Shown here: positions 26,595-34,746 of the stretch, piece by piece
Layout: every line of letters begins with the position of its first letter
Numbering within the stretch: position 1 is the stretch's first letter
Origin: a virus
Taxonomy: Duplodnaviria > Caudoviricetes
IMG/VR virus record: IMGVR_UViG_3300043429_000229
Location: 1-41,934 of that record
DNA length: 41,934 nucleotides
Strand: one strand, 5' to 3'
Translations under genes and position numbers: made by a program
The notes under the pieces: generated by a model
What the model was told of the DNA's origin: nothing
The model's database searches: none
Seen by the model: the letters and a program-made list of their open reading frames with translations, nothing else

Positions 26595-26660
26595 TATTAT
26601 GCCAAAGATTTTGGCTATTTACTTAGGACAAACCCTGAATGTTGTGTAATCGCAACAGCT
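26595..26660 (-). promoter_or_regulatory. Internal promoter/operator region
   Basis: -10-like CATAAT abutting the palindrome GCCAAA-ATC-TTTGGC, plus a TGTTG-N8-CAACA box. Confidence 0.45.
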
Positions 26661-26983
26661 TCGCCAGGTGATCGTGCGATTCCGGCAAATCCACCGGCCT
26701 TCAATACTTGCGCGATGAAGTTGACCTGGTGTTCTGTCGGCCTGCCGTTGGCCGTCTTTACTTCGCAGGCGGTGAACACGGCCACCTTGCGCCCCACCAT
26801 GTCCGGTGTGATGACCACGGGCGTCCAGCCGATCAGATCGCTGCCGCCTGGGTTGCCAACGCCGTACTGAATGAACCGTCCGGTCTTTGGGTCTTTGTAT
26901 GCGCCGACGTTGTTGCGGTGCATGACAGAACCGGCCTGCGATAACGCAAGCCGGATCTGCTGCTGGATGGCGACTTCGCTCAA
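26615..26983 (-). CDS. VRR-NUC domain nuclease
   Basis: SE..IQ..I, RNNVG, GGSDLIG, EVKT..GR..Q..F motifs. Confidence 0.88.
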   Translation of the reverse strand: MSEVAIQQQIRLALSQAGSVMHRNNVGAYKDPKTGRFIQYGVGNPGGSDLIGWTPVVITPDMVGRKVAVFTACEVKTANGRPTEHQVNFIAQVLKAGGFAGIARSPGEAVAITQHSGFVLSK

Positions 26984-27261
26984 CGCTCCTCGCCTTCCAG
27001 TCGGTCTGCCACCAGCTTGGCGTAGCCGGCGATGTCGACCCAGCTGTCGGCATAGTTGGGGTCGCCGTTCACGATTCTGGCCAGCTTGTGGCAGATCATT
27101 TCTAAGGCTTCCAGCTGGTCCGCGTCAGGCTCGATTTTGCTCACCTTATCCATGTGGCGATATAGCGCCCGCTTTAGTTCTTGGGCGATTGCAGCATGGT
27201 CTTTGAACTTGCCGTAGCGTGCGCCACGCTCGGCCAGTGTTGTGTCGATGTCTTGCGTCAT
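26980..27261 (-). CDS. DUF6378-like phage protein
   Basis: TLAERGARYG..KLARI..GDP...DSWVDIAGYA. Confidence 0.8.
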   Translation of the reverse strand: MTQDIDTTLAERGARYGKFKDHAAIAQELKRALYRHMDKVSKIEPDADQLEALEMICHKLARIVNGDPNYADSWVDIAGYAKLVADRLEGEER

Positions 27262-27263
27262 GG

Positions 27264-27572
27264 TCAGAACGGGATGTCGTCGTCCATGGGCTGCGGCGCT
27301 GGCGCTGGGCGCTGTGGCTGGCGCTGTGCTGGCGCTGCAGCTGGTGCTTGCTGTCCGTCCTGGCGTGGCTCAAACAACGAACAGATCACACGGTCTTTGC
27401 CTGGTTCGCGTGGCGCTGCGGCCAAGTTCACCATGGGGTCCAGAAGAATGAACGGGCCATTGTCGCCTTGCATGACCGCGCCGATGTTCATGTATCGGTT
27501 TTTGGTCTGGCCTTGGTTGTCCTGGTAGCTGCCGGTCTTGACTGCGATGTCGTATTTTTTCGTGATTGCCAT
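27264..27572 (-). CDS. Single-stranded DNA-binding protein-like
   Basis: Pro/Gln/Ala linker ending DDDIPF; start revised to MAITKK after a GAGG RBS. Confidence 0.75.
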   Translation of the reverse strand: MAITKKYDIAVKTGSYQDNQGQTKNRYMNIGAVMQGDNGPFILLDPMVNLAAAPREPGKDRVICSLFEPRQDGQQAPAAAPAQRQPQRPAPAPQPMDDDIPF

Positions 27573-27594
27573 GTAATGGTCCTCGATTGATTGA

Positions 27595-27657
27595 ATAAAA
27601 AATCCACGTCTTTCCGTGGTGTCAGCCAACGCACGACGCGAAAGGAGTTTCGCCGTC
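27595..27657 (-). terminator. Two-hairpin RNA element ending in a U tract
   Basis: GACG-GCGAAA/TTTCGC-GTC hairpin, then CCACG-GAAAGA-CGTGG followed by ATTTTTT. Confidence 0.5.
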
Positions 27658-27671
27658 ATTGGCAGCCGGTG

Positions 27672-27971
27672 TTACGCGCCACCGCCGGCTGGGCGTACCC
27701 CTTTTCCAAGCTGTCGTGCGTTCCACAGGGCTGTGATTCTATTTTGCAATTTGGCCAATGCGGCCTCGCCGCGAATTTCTTTGATGCCTTTGACCCATTT
27801 TCCTGTGTATGTGTTGTTGTATCCCCACAGATATCGCCGGCGCTGCACCAGTGGCATGGCCAGAACGGCACTGGCTTCGCATTCCTCGCGCCAGTCGTCC
27901 GACCAGGTGCAAGTTTCTTGGCCGTCGTGCATCAGCACGCGCATGTGGTTGCACTTCGGGTAGCAGTTCAT
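27672..27971 (-). CDS. Hypothetical protein
   Basis: CTWSDDWREECEA..RRRYL..IRG pattern; start revised to MNCYPK (ATGA overlap). Confidence 0.7.
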   Translation of the reverse strand: MNCYPKCNHMRVLMHDGQETCTWSDDWREECEASAVLAMPLVQRRRYLWGYNNTYTGKWVKGIKEIRGEAALAKLQNRITALWNARQLGKGVRPAGGGA

Positions 27972-28567
27972 AGCAGGCGACCCAAGAAACGCTGGGCGTA
28001 GTCGATGGGGTGTTTGGCCTGCTTTGATGCGTTGCAGCGCTGGCATGCCGGCACGATGTTGCCTGGTGTGTGCGTACCGCCAGCTGACAACGGGATCTCA
28101 TGGTCCATGGTCAGCTTTGTCTTGCGATAGCAATAGACGCACCTGTGCTGATATTTCGCGCAAATGCCTAGCCATTCGCGTTCAGTCACTCCGCCGTCAC
28201 GATATGCGACGCGTCGTCTGTGGTTTTTGTCTTTGTAGTAGTGGCGCAGCTTGGCTTGGTTGGCGGCGCTCCACAGGCGTTTTTTTGCTCGGTATTTTTC
28301 TGTTTTGTAGCTGTCACGCAGTCGTTCGATTACGTCTTGGCGTTGCGCATATTGTTTGCGTCGCTCGACCGCTTTTGGTGTCATTGAATTTGCGCGTGTA
28401 TAGCTGTTCCACTTTTCTTTGTTGTCTTCGCGCCATTTGTAAATTGCTGCGGTTTTGCACGCTTTGCAGCACGACATCCTGCCGTCTTTCGAATTATGTT
28501 TACGCGCAAAAAATTCAGCCAGCGGTTTTGTCTCTGCGCACTTTGTGCATTTCTTAAAGTCGTGCAT
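27968..28567 (-). CDS. HNH endonuclease with N-terminal zinc ribbon
   Basis: CTKC..CKAC; CVYC..TMDHEIPLSAGGTH...NIVPACQRCNASK; lower GC than flanks. Confidence 0.9.
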   Translation of the reverse strand: MHDFKKCTKCAETKPLAEFFARKHNSKDGRMSCCKACKTAAIYKWREDNKEKWNSYTRANSMTPKAVERRKQYAQRQDVIERLRDSYKTEKYRAKKRLWSAANQAKLRHYYKDKNHRRRVAYRDGGVTEREWLGICAKYQHRCVYCYRKTKLTMDHEIPLSAGGTHTPGNIVPACQRCNASKQAKHPIDYAQRFLGRLL

Positions 28568-29918
28568 TTTTTGACCCCCGAACGCGCATCAGGTTCCACA
28601 CCCACGCCATGGAATACCCGCGCTGTTCTGCGATTTTTTTCAGATCTTCTATTGTGCGCGCTCTTTTTACTTCTTCTTGTTTGACGCGCTTGATGGCCGT
28701 GATCTCGGCCAGCTCACCGTCGGTCTGCTTCAACACCTTGGGCTTGGCCACATGGACATGGCCGCAATTCGGGCACTCGGCCTGCGGCTTGAACACGAAG
28801 TAGCAGCGTTCGCACTGGCGCACCGATTCGGCGGCGTCTGTGTTGCGTTTGTTGCGTTTGGTGCCGTCCAGCGACCACTCGCGTGCCTCGGTTGGCAGTC
28901 CGTGGTGCAGCGCGTTGCCGGCGTGGTCCAGCACGATGCAGTCCGTCTTGCCTGGGTGCAGTCGCAGGCCGCGGCCGACGCTTTGCAGGTACTTGGTGAC
29001 CGACTTGGTTGGCGCCAGCAGGATGATGCAGCTCACCGCTGGGCAGTCCACGCCGGCCACCCACAGCTGGCAGTTCACCACCACGTCGATGCGGCCGGCT
29101 GCCAAATCCACCAGTGCGGCGTCACGGTCTGTCTGGTCGCTGCTGCCGCTGATCGCCACGGCTCGGTAGCCGGCGCTGTTGAACATGGCCGCCGTGTCTT
29201 CGGCGTGCTTCACCGATGTGCAGAACACCACGGTCGGCCGGCCATGCGCCAGCTTGCGGTAATGGTCCACCGCGTTGCCGGTGATCTTTGGTTTGTTCAT
29301 AGCCGTGGCCAGTTGGCCTTGCGCGTAATCGCCGGCGATGGTCGCCACGCCTGTCAGATCTGGCGTGCTGGGCGCGAAGTAGCGAATGGGCACCAGCATA
29401 CCCATGTCGATCAGATCTTGCGTGCCGCACGTCTGCACGATGGTGTCGGCCACCTCGCGCATGCCGCGGCCGTCCAGGCGCACCGGTGTCGCTGTCAGGT
29501 GCAGCAGCAGCGGGTTGCCGCAGTCTTCGATCACTTGGCGATATGTGGCGGCCACGGCCAGGTGGGCTTCGTCGATCACGATCAGGTGCGGCTTGCGGTG
29601 CATTCCAAGGCGGCGCGCTGCCGTTTGCACGCTCACCACCTGCACCTGGCTGAATGGGTCGCACTGCCGGTTCGCCATGATGAAGCTGTGGTCGATGCCC
29701 TCGGTGGTCAGCTTGGCGCTGGTTGCCGTCAGGATCTCGCGCAAGTGCGCCATGAACCAGACGGTGTGGCCACGGCTGACGGCCGACCGGATGATGGTGG
29801 CTGCTGTGTGCGTCTTGCCGCTGCCGGTTGGCGCGCAAAGGATGGGTGCGCGGTAGCCTTCACGGTAGGCATTGCGCAGTTGCTCGATGGCTTCGTGTTG
29901 GTATGGGCGCAGGCTCAC
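28554..29918 (-). CDS. SF2 DEAD/DEAH helicase with C-terminal zinc finger
   Basis: LRPYQ Q motif, APTGSGKT, DEAH, TATP, QSVGRGLR; CERC/CPNC; GTG start at 29918. Confidence 0.93.
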   Translation of the reverse strand: MSLRPYQHEAIEQLRNAYREGYRAPILCAPTGSGKTHTAATIIRSAVSRGHTVWFMAHLREILTATSAKLTTEGIDHSFIMANRQCDPFSQVQVVSVQTAARRLGMHRKPHLIVIDEAHLAVAATYRQVIEDCGNPLLLHLTATPVRLDGRGMREVADTIVQTCGTQDLIDMGMLVPIRYFAPSTPDLTGVATIAGDYAQGQLATAMNKPKITGNAVDHYRKLAHGRPTVVFCTSVKHAEDTAAMFNSAGYRAVAISGSSDQTDRDAALVDLAAGRIDVVVNCQLWVAGVDCPAVSCIILLAPTKSVTKYLQSVGRGLRLHPGKTDCIVLDHAGNALHHGLPTEAREWSLDGTKRNKRNTDAAESVRQCERCYFVFKPQAECPNCGHVHVAKPKVLKQTDGELAEITAIKRVKQEEVKRARTIEDLKKIAEQRGYSMAWVWNLMRVRGSKNARL

Positions 29919-30019
29919 AGCGGCCCCCACATCGTGAAGCCCAACCAGACGATGCGCAGCCATGTGCCGACCAGCAGCGCGAAGATGACGGACGACGCCA
30001 GTGACGTGATGAAGTTCAT
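29915..30019 (-). CDS. 34-aa single-TM peptide (not in the ORF track)
   Basis: MNFITSLASSVIFALLVGTWLRIVWLGFTMWGPL; ATGA/GTGA overlaps. Confidence 0.55.
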   Translation of the reverse strand: MNFITSLASSVIFALLVGTWLRIVWLGFTMWGPL

Positions 30020-30531
30020 GCGTGCACCTCGACAGTGGCCAGCGCGCGGTTTGCTGCGTTTTGCTTTGGTGTCACAAACCGGCAGTTTGCCGGTTCGTAG
30101 TTTTTGTCGTTGTCGATGCGGTCAATTTGCAGACCAGGGCGGTATCCGTTTTCAAGCGCCCACGTAATGAATGCACCACGGTCTTGGCGCCATTCGTTGC
30201 AAACGCTGATCCCTCGGCCGCCGTATCTGCTCCATTGATATTCAGGAACGCTGTGTCCGTGGCACCGGTGGATCATCGACCGGTAGACAGCTTTTAGTTT
30301 GATTGAATAGCCAATTTCATGCGCCAGTTCGTCGTACTGGCAGCCGCTCAAGTTCTCGGCCGTCGAAATAAGACGCATGACCGTCGCCATGTGCGGCGCC
30401 GCTTCTTCCAAGTGTTTCCACTTGTAGACGGTGGCGTGATTCACGCCTGCCAATCGGCAAAGTTCGGACACTGGAATTTTGGCGTCTACCGCCATTTTCC
30501 TGATTTTCCAGTAAAGATCATTTCCATTCAT
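30016..30531 (-). CDS. Cro-like HTH fused to an HNH-type endonuclease domain
   Basis: IPVSELCRLAGVNHATVYKWK HTH; YRSMIHRC..YGGRGISVC..W..IDRIDNDKNYEPANCRF. Confidence 0.8.
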   Translation of the reverse strand: MNGNDLYWKIRKMAVDAKIPVSELCRLAGVNHATVYKWKHLEEAAPHMATVMRLISTAENLSGCQYDELAHEIGYSIKLKAVYRSMIHRCHGHSVPEYQWSRYGGRGISVCNEWRQDRGAFITWALENGYRPGLQIDRIDNDKNYEPANCRFVTPKQNAANRALATVEVHA

Positions 30532-30660
30532 TTTTTTGTCATTGCCGTGAAGCGTTGTTTTTTTGAATCATAGCACCACAAAAACATGCGTTTTCGTGTT
30601 TTTAAGTAATAGAATGAAATCGCGGTGACTTACCGTGAACATTGAAAGGATAGGCAACAA
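30532..30660. promoter_or_regulatory. Divergent early promoter region
   Basis: AT-rich; leftward extended -10 TGcTATGAT (30567..30575), rightward TAGAAT (30610..30615), near-palindrome AAAACATGCGTTTT between them. Confidence 0.65.
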
Positions 30661-31506
30661 ATGAAAACAGGGATTTACTCTGGTATTTCGAACGACGACT
30701 ACCACGGTGGTGTCGGCGTTTCTAAATCTGGCCTCGATGTGCTTGCGCGTTCGCCGCTGCACTACTGGTCCAAGTACCTCGACCCGAACCGCGAACGTAA
30801 AGAACCGACGCCGGCGATGAAGCTGGGCACGGCCATCCACACCGCGGTGCTGGAACCCGACGAATTCACCAAGCGCCACATGGTCGCGCCACAGGTCGAC
30901 CGCCGCACCAAGGACGGGAAGGCCACTTGGGAGCAGTTTGTCGCTGACGCAGAAGCGGCTGGTGCGGATCTGATCAGCGCCGAAGACTTCGCAACCTGCC
31001 AAGCGATTAGCCGCCAGGTTCGTGAACACCCGACTGCGCGCAAAGTATTCGCCAACGGCACGCCAGAACTGTCGGCCTATTGGACCGACAAAGAAACCGG
31101 CCTGCTGTGCAAGTGCCGGCCAGACTGGCTTGGGCTGCCGCTGATCGTGGACCTGAAGTCGACCGAAGACGCCAGCGCTGAAGGCTTCGCAAAGTCGGCG
31201 TGGAATTTCCGCTACTGGGTGCAGGCTGCTTGGTACGTCGACGGCATCGAACAGGCCACCGGCCAGCGTCCTGATGCGTTCGTGTTCGCAGCGTTTGAAA
31301 AGTCGGCGCCCTATGCCTGCGCGTTCTACTTTGCAGACGAAGCGATGCTGGACATGGGCCGCCGCGAATATCGCCGGCTGTTGCGGATCTTGGCCGACTG
31401 CACGGCCGCTGATCGCTGGCCAGGTTACACCACCGACGTGACGCCGCTGGGTGTTCCTGCATGGGCGCTGAAGGCTGCCAACGATAACGCGCAGGCCGGC
31501 GCATGA
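30661..31506 (+). CDS. Exonuclease VIII/RecE-like PD-(D/E)XK nuclease (DUF3799-like)
   Basis: DYH..SKSGL..SPLHY, GTAIHTAVLEP, KCRPD, IVDLKST, QAAWY. Confidence 0.9.
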   Translation: MKTGIYSGISNDDYHGGVGVSKSGLDVLARSPLHYWSKYLDPNRERKEPTPAMKLGTAIHTAVLEPDEFTKRHMVAPQVDRRTKDGKATWEQFVADAEAAGADLISAEDFATCQAISRQVREHPTARKVFANGTPELSAYWTDKETGLLCKCRPDWLGLPLIVDLKSTEDASAEGFAKSAWNFRYWVQAAWYVDGIEQATGQRPDAFVFAAFEKSAPYACAFYFADEAMLDMGRREYRRLLRILADCTAADRWPGYTTDVTPLGVPAWALKAANDNAQAGA

Positions 31507-31826
31507 AGCACCTGGTGTTGGCCTTGGCCATGCTGTCCGCGACCTCGGCGCACGCTGAGTTCTACGACGGCAACATGCTGCTGCAACGCATGAAAGGCGA
31601 CGCCCTCGAACAGATGGCGGCGCTCGGTTACGTGGCCGGCGTTTGGGATGCCTACCTGGGCGTTCTGATCTGCCCACCGCCGAACGTGACGCTGAACCAA
31701 GCCCGCGACCTCACGCGCCAGCTGCTCGAAAAGATGCCGCAACGCCGCCACCAAGGCGCCGATCGGTTCGTGATCGCAGCCGGCGCTACAAATTTCCCCT
31801 GTCCTAAAAACGGCCAACCGGCCTAA
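31503..31826 (+). CDS. Secreted Rap1a/Tai-like immunity-family protein
   Basis: Signal peptide (..SAHA/E), DGNML, GYVAGVWD, ICPPPNVT..Q, terminal FPC. Confidence 0.75.
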   Translation: MKHLVLALAMLSATSAHAEFYDGNMLLQRMKGDALEQMAALGYVAGVWDAYLGVLICPPPNVTLNQARDLTRQLLEKMPQRRHQGADRFVIAAGATNFPCPKNGQPA

Positions 31827-31840
31827 CTTGAAAGCTCAAA

Positions 31841-32836
31841 ATGTCATTTGAAATCATCCCAGCAAAGCGCCAAGGCGCACGCCTCTTGATCCAGTTGTCG
31901 GGTCCGTCCGGCTCCGGCAAAACCTACACCGCGCTGCAGTTGGCGTTCGGCCTGGCCGGCAAAGACGCCAGCAAGGTGGTGCTGATCGACACCGAAAACC
32001 GCCGCGGTTCGCTGTATGCCGACATCCTGCCTGGCAAGGCGCAATTCAACAAACTGGACTTCTACGCGCCGTTCAGCCCCGACCGCTACATCGAAGCCAT
32101 CGACGCTGCGTGCCGTGCCGGTGCCGAAGTCATCGTCATCGACAGCGTGACGCACGAATGGGAATCTGAAGGCGGCTGCGAATGGATCGCCAACCAGTCG
32201 CGCTTCCCAGACTGGAAACGTGCCAAGGCTTTGCATAAGCGCTTTATGACGCACATGCTGCAGTCGCCAGCGCACATCATTGCCTGCACCCGTGCCCGTG
32301 AAAAAGTCGACTTCACCGATCCGAAAAACCCGATCAAGCTCGGCATTCAGCCGATTCAGGAAAAGAATTTCAGTTACGAAGCCACCGTCAGCTTGATGAT
32401 GCACAACCAAGGCTACAGCCAGGACGTGCTGAAGTGCCCAGCCGAACTGCAGGCAGTGCTTGGGCGTGGTGAAGGTTACATCGGCGTCAAAGAAGGCCAG
32501 CAGCTGCGCAAGTGGGTGGACGGCGCCGAACAAGTAGATCCAGCCATCGAACACCACCGCGGTCTGTTGTTGAACGTGACAGAGCAAGGTTTGGCTGCTC
32601 TGCAGGCAGCATGGATGGCCACGCCTGCCAATATCCGCAAGGCATTGGGCGATAACTTCAAAGAACAGCTGAAGGCTTCCGCAGCGGCATTCGACGAAGG
32701 TAGAAAGTCATCTTCTGTTGACACACCGTCGTCAATTTCAGCCCTGAATTCTGCTTCTGATGCTGTGGAAAATGCTTCGCAGCCACAGCCTGAAAACGCA
32801 AAAAATGAGACAGTTGGGGGTGTAAATGTTTTCTGA
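31841..32836 (+). CDS. Sak4-like AAA ATPase recombinase (AAA_24)
   Basis: GPSGSGKT, IDTE and IVIDSVTHEW motifs; next to an exonuclease. Confidence 0.85.
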   Translation: MSFEIIPAKRQGARLLIQLSGPSGSGKTYTALQLAFGLAGKDASKVVLIDTENRRGSLYADILPGKAQFNKLDFYAPFSPDRYIEAIDAACRAGAEVIVIDSVTHEWESEGGCEWIANQSRFPDWKRAKALHKRFMTHMLQSPAHIIACTRAREKVDFTDPKNPIKLGIQPIQEKNFSYEATVSLMMHNQGYSQDVLKCPAELQAVLGRGEGYIGVKEGQQLRKWVDGAEQVDPAIEHHRGLLLNVTEQGLAALQAAWMATPANIRKALGDNFKEQLKASAAAFDEGRKSSSVDTPSSISALNSASDAVENASQPQPENAKNETVGGVNVF

Positions 32837-33053
32837 CAAAGGTCCTACTGAGATGCCGGCGAATACGCAGTACCTGACGCCATCCGAACTGGTTGCGCGT
32901 TACAAGCAAACCATCACCATTCGGACATTGGCGAATTGGCGCAGCACCGGCGAAGGCCCACGCTACACCAAGATCGGCGGTCGGGTGCTGTACCCAGCGC
33001 ACGCCGTCGCAGAATGGGAAAACGCAAGAACGCTTGGGATGGCGCGAACCTAA
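32826..33053 (+). CDS. xis: Excisionase/recombination directionality factor (HTH_17/AlpA-like)
   Basis: YLTPSEL..TLANWR..GEGPRYTKIGGRVLY; next to attP; alternative start at 32853. Confidence 0.8.
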   Translation: MFSDKGPTEMPANTQYLTPSELVARYKQTITIRTLANWRSTGEGPRYTKIGGRVLYPAHAVAEWENARTLGMART

Positions 33054-33068
33054 CCCTAAACCTTACCC
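33047..33068 (+). repeat. Left integrase arm-type sites (tandem pair)
   Basis: AACCTAACCC-TAAACCTTACCC, same motif and orientation as 33301..33323. Confidence 0.7.
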
Positions 33069-33077
33069 GAATAAATT

Positions 33078-33103
33078 TGGCCCCCTTGCGGGGCCATTTT
33101 TTT
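33078..33103 (+). terminator. Rho-independent terminator after xis (possibly bidirectional, also serving the restored tRNA)
   Basis: TGGCCCC-CTTGC-GGGGCCA plus T7. Confidence 0.8.
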
Positions 33104-33126
33104 CTGTGTGATTTCCGTGGTTTAGG

Positions 33127-33174
33127 TGGTGAGCGCTGTGGGGGTCGAACCCACGACCTACTGATTAAAAGTCA
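33127..33174 (-). other. attP core: 3' 48 nt of a tRNA-Lys(UUU) gene
   Basis: TGACTTTTAATCAG anticodon arm, GTGGG-TTCGACC-CCCAC T arm, AGCGCTCACCA end; no D arm or 5' acceptor strand; between xis and int. Confidence 0.9.
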
Positions 33175-33300
33175 CAAAATTGCGCATCACGCTAGATCAT
33201 TGCCGTTCACGCTGTTCACCCACAAACCATTGTTTTCTGTTGCATTTTGTCTGCGCTTCGGGCTAAGTGCCTTGGCTGGCTGATGTTATTCGGTTGGCGC

Positions 33301-33323
33301 AAACCTTACCCTAAACCTTACCC
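33301..33323 (+). repeat. Right integrase arm-type sites (tandem pair)
   Basis: AAACCTTACCC-TAAACCTTACCC, 12 nt upstream of the int start. Confidence 0.7.
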
Positions 33324-33335
33324 ACGGAACCCACC

Positions 33336-34541
33336 ATGCTCTCTGACCGACAGATCCAAGCGGCCATCCGGCGCTGCGAAACCGAAACCACCTTGAACGA
33401 CGGCGGCAGCCATGGAACCGGCAGCTTGGTGCTGGTGATTCGCAAGCTGAAAGACCAGACCGCGGCGCAGTGGGTTGGCCGTTGGTGGGTCGATGGAAAG
33501 CAGCGCAAAAAGTCGCTCGGCCGCTATCCCGACATGGGGGCAGGGCAGGCGCGTGACGCGTTCCGTGAACAGGTCAGCGCCGTGCTGGCGTCTGGCAAAA
33601 GCCCACGCGTCGTTGTCGCCGTGACCGAACGCCCGACGGTGCAGCGGCTGTTCTATGCCTACGTCGACCAGATGGTGGCCGATGGCAAGTCCAGCGCCGC
33701 GCAAGTGCGCCACAGCTTGAAACAGGTGGCTGAATTCCTTGGGCCGAACCGACCAGCTGGTGACGTCGATGCGTCAGACGTTGCCGCGTTCCTCGCTGGC
33801 GTGTACGGCCGCGGCGCTGCGGTGTATGCCGACCGGTTCCGGTCCTACATGTCCGCCGCGTTCAATTACGGCATGAAGGCCGCGCACGACTACAGATCCG
33901 ACCGCCGCCAGGACTGGGGCATCAAGACTAACCCAGTCACTGCGGTGCCCAAAGACACCGGCGCCGCCAAGGCCCGCGACCGTGCGCTGTCTGCCTCTGA
34001 AATCGCGCAGCTGTGGCACGCCACGTCGGGTGCAGGGTTCGCGCTCGAAACGGCTGCGGCCATCCGGCTGCTGATCTGCTGTGGCCAGCGTGTGCGCGAA
34101 ACACTGCGAATGGACGCCAGCGAAATCGACCTGGCCAGCGCCACGTGGACCATGCCGGCCGAAAAGACCAAGGGCGGCCGCCTGCCGCATGTTGTGCCGT
34201 TGCCGGATCTGGCACTGCCCACGCTGCGCTTGCTGCTGCAGGTGCGTCCCACTGGGCTGCTGATGCCGATTTCTGACATGGGGATCTGCAAGGCGCTGGC
34301 GCGGTGGCGGCCGACGGTTGGCGCCGAATATTTCCAGCCGCGGGATCTGCGCCGCACGTGGAAATCGCGCACGCATGACGCCGGCGTCGACCGCTACACC
34401 CGCGACCTGATCCAACAGCACGCCATGGGTGACACCGGCACCCGCCACTACGACCGCGCCGACTACATGGCGCAGAAACGCGACGCCATGGCCAAGTGGA
34501 ATGCGTGGCTCGAAAACTGCCTACAATCGGCTGATGGATGA
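33336..34541 (+). CDS. int: Tyrosine integrase, P4-like with arm-binding domain
   Basis: LSDRQI..LGRYP arm domain; GQRVRE, EKTK, RDLRRT, QQH and HYD catalytic motifs. Confidence 0.93.
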   Translation: MLSDRQIQAAIRRCETETTLNDGGSHGTGSLVLVIRKLKDQTAAQWVGRWWVDGKQRKKSLGRYPDMGAGQARDAFREQVSAVLASGKSPRVVVAVTERPTVQRLFYAYVDQMVADGKSSAAQVRHSLKQVAEFLGPNRPAGDVDASDVAAFLAGVYGRGAAVYADRFRSYMSAAFNYGMKAAHDYRSDRRQDWGIKTNPVTAVPKDTGAAKARDRALSASEIAQLWHATSGAGFALETAAAIRLLICCGQRVRETLRMDASEIDLASATWTMPAEKTKGGRLPHVVPLPDLALPTLRLLLQVRPTGLLMPISDMGICKALARWRPTVGAEYFQPRDLRRTWKSRTHDAGVDRYTRDLIQQHAMGDTGTRHYDRADYMAQKRDAMAKWNAWLENCLQSADG

Positions 34542-34746
34542 AGCCGACGTCGCCAATGACATGATCATGCGTGAAATGAACTACAGAATCGCAGCCGTGC
34601 AGGCTGTGACTGCGAACCCATCACCTGAAAACTGCGAACGCTGCGACGATCCCATCACGCCAGCACGTCGCGCCTTGAACCTTCGCCTGTGCATCGAATG
34701 CGCACGGCTTCAAGAACGCCGCGACCGGATGTTCACTCGCCTGTGA
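34534..34746 (+). CDS. TraR/DksA C4 zinc-finger protein
   Basis: MDEADVA (DxxDxA) N-terminus; CERC..I..ARR..LCIECA; true start at ATG 34534. Confidence 0.88.
   Translation: MDEADVANDMIMREMNYRIAAVQAVTANPSPENCERCDDPITPARRALNLRLCIECARLQERRDRMFTRL

Noticed and set aside
28677-30167. Long plus-strand ORF of 496 aa (also 7793..8905, 9225..10148, 15849..16895)
   Set aside because: Antisense shadows of well-supported minus-strand genes in GC-rich DNA; no motifs.
30568-31677. 369-aa minus-strand ORF as the missing repressor
   Set aside because: Antisense to the exonuclease; no HTH or S24 features.
33047-33068. Telomere-like (CCCTAA) or CRISPR-like repeats
   Set aside because: Only two tandem copies on each side of the att core with no spacers; better explained as integrase arm sites.
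33127-33174. Junction of two different tandem prophages
   Set aside because: Would look the same at att, but does not explain the exact 127-bp ends; disfavoured, though not excluded without long reads.
33127-33200. Functional phage tRNA-Lys gene
   Set aside because: D arm and 5' acceptor strand are absent; only the att core is present.
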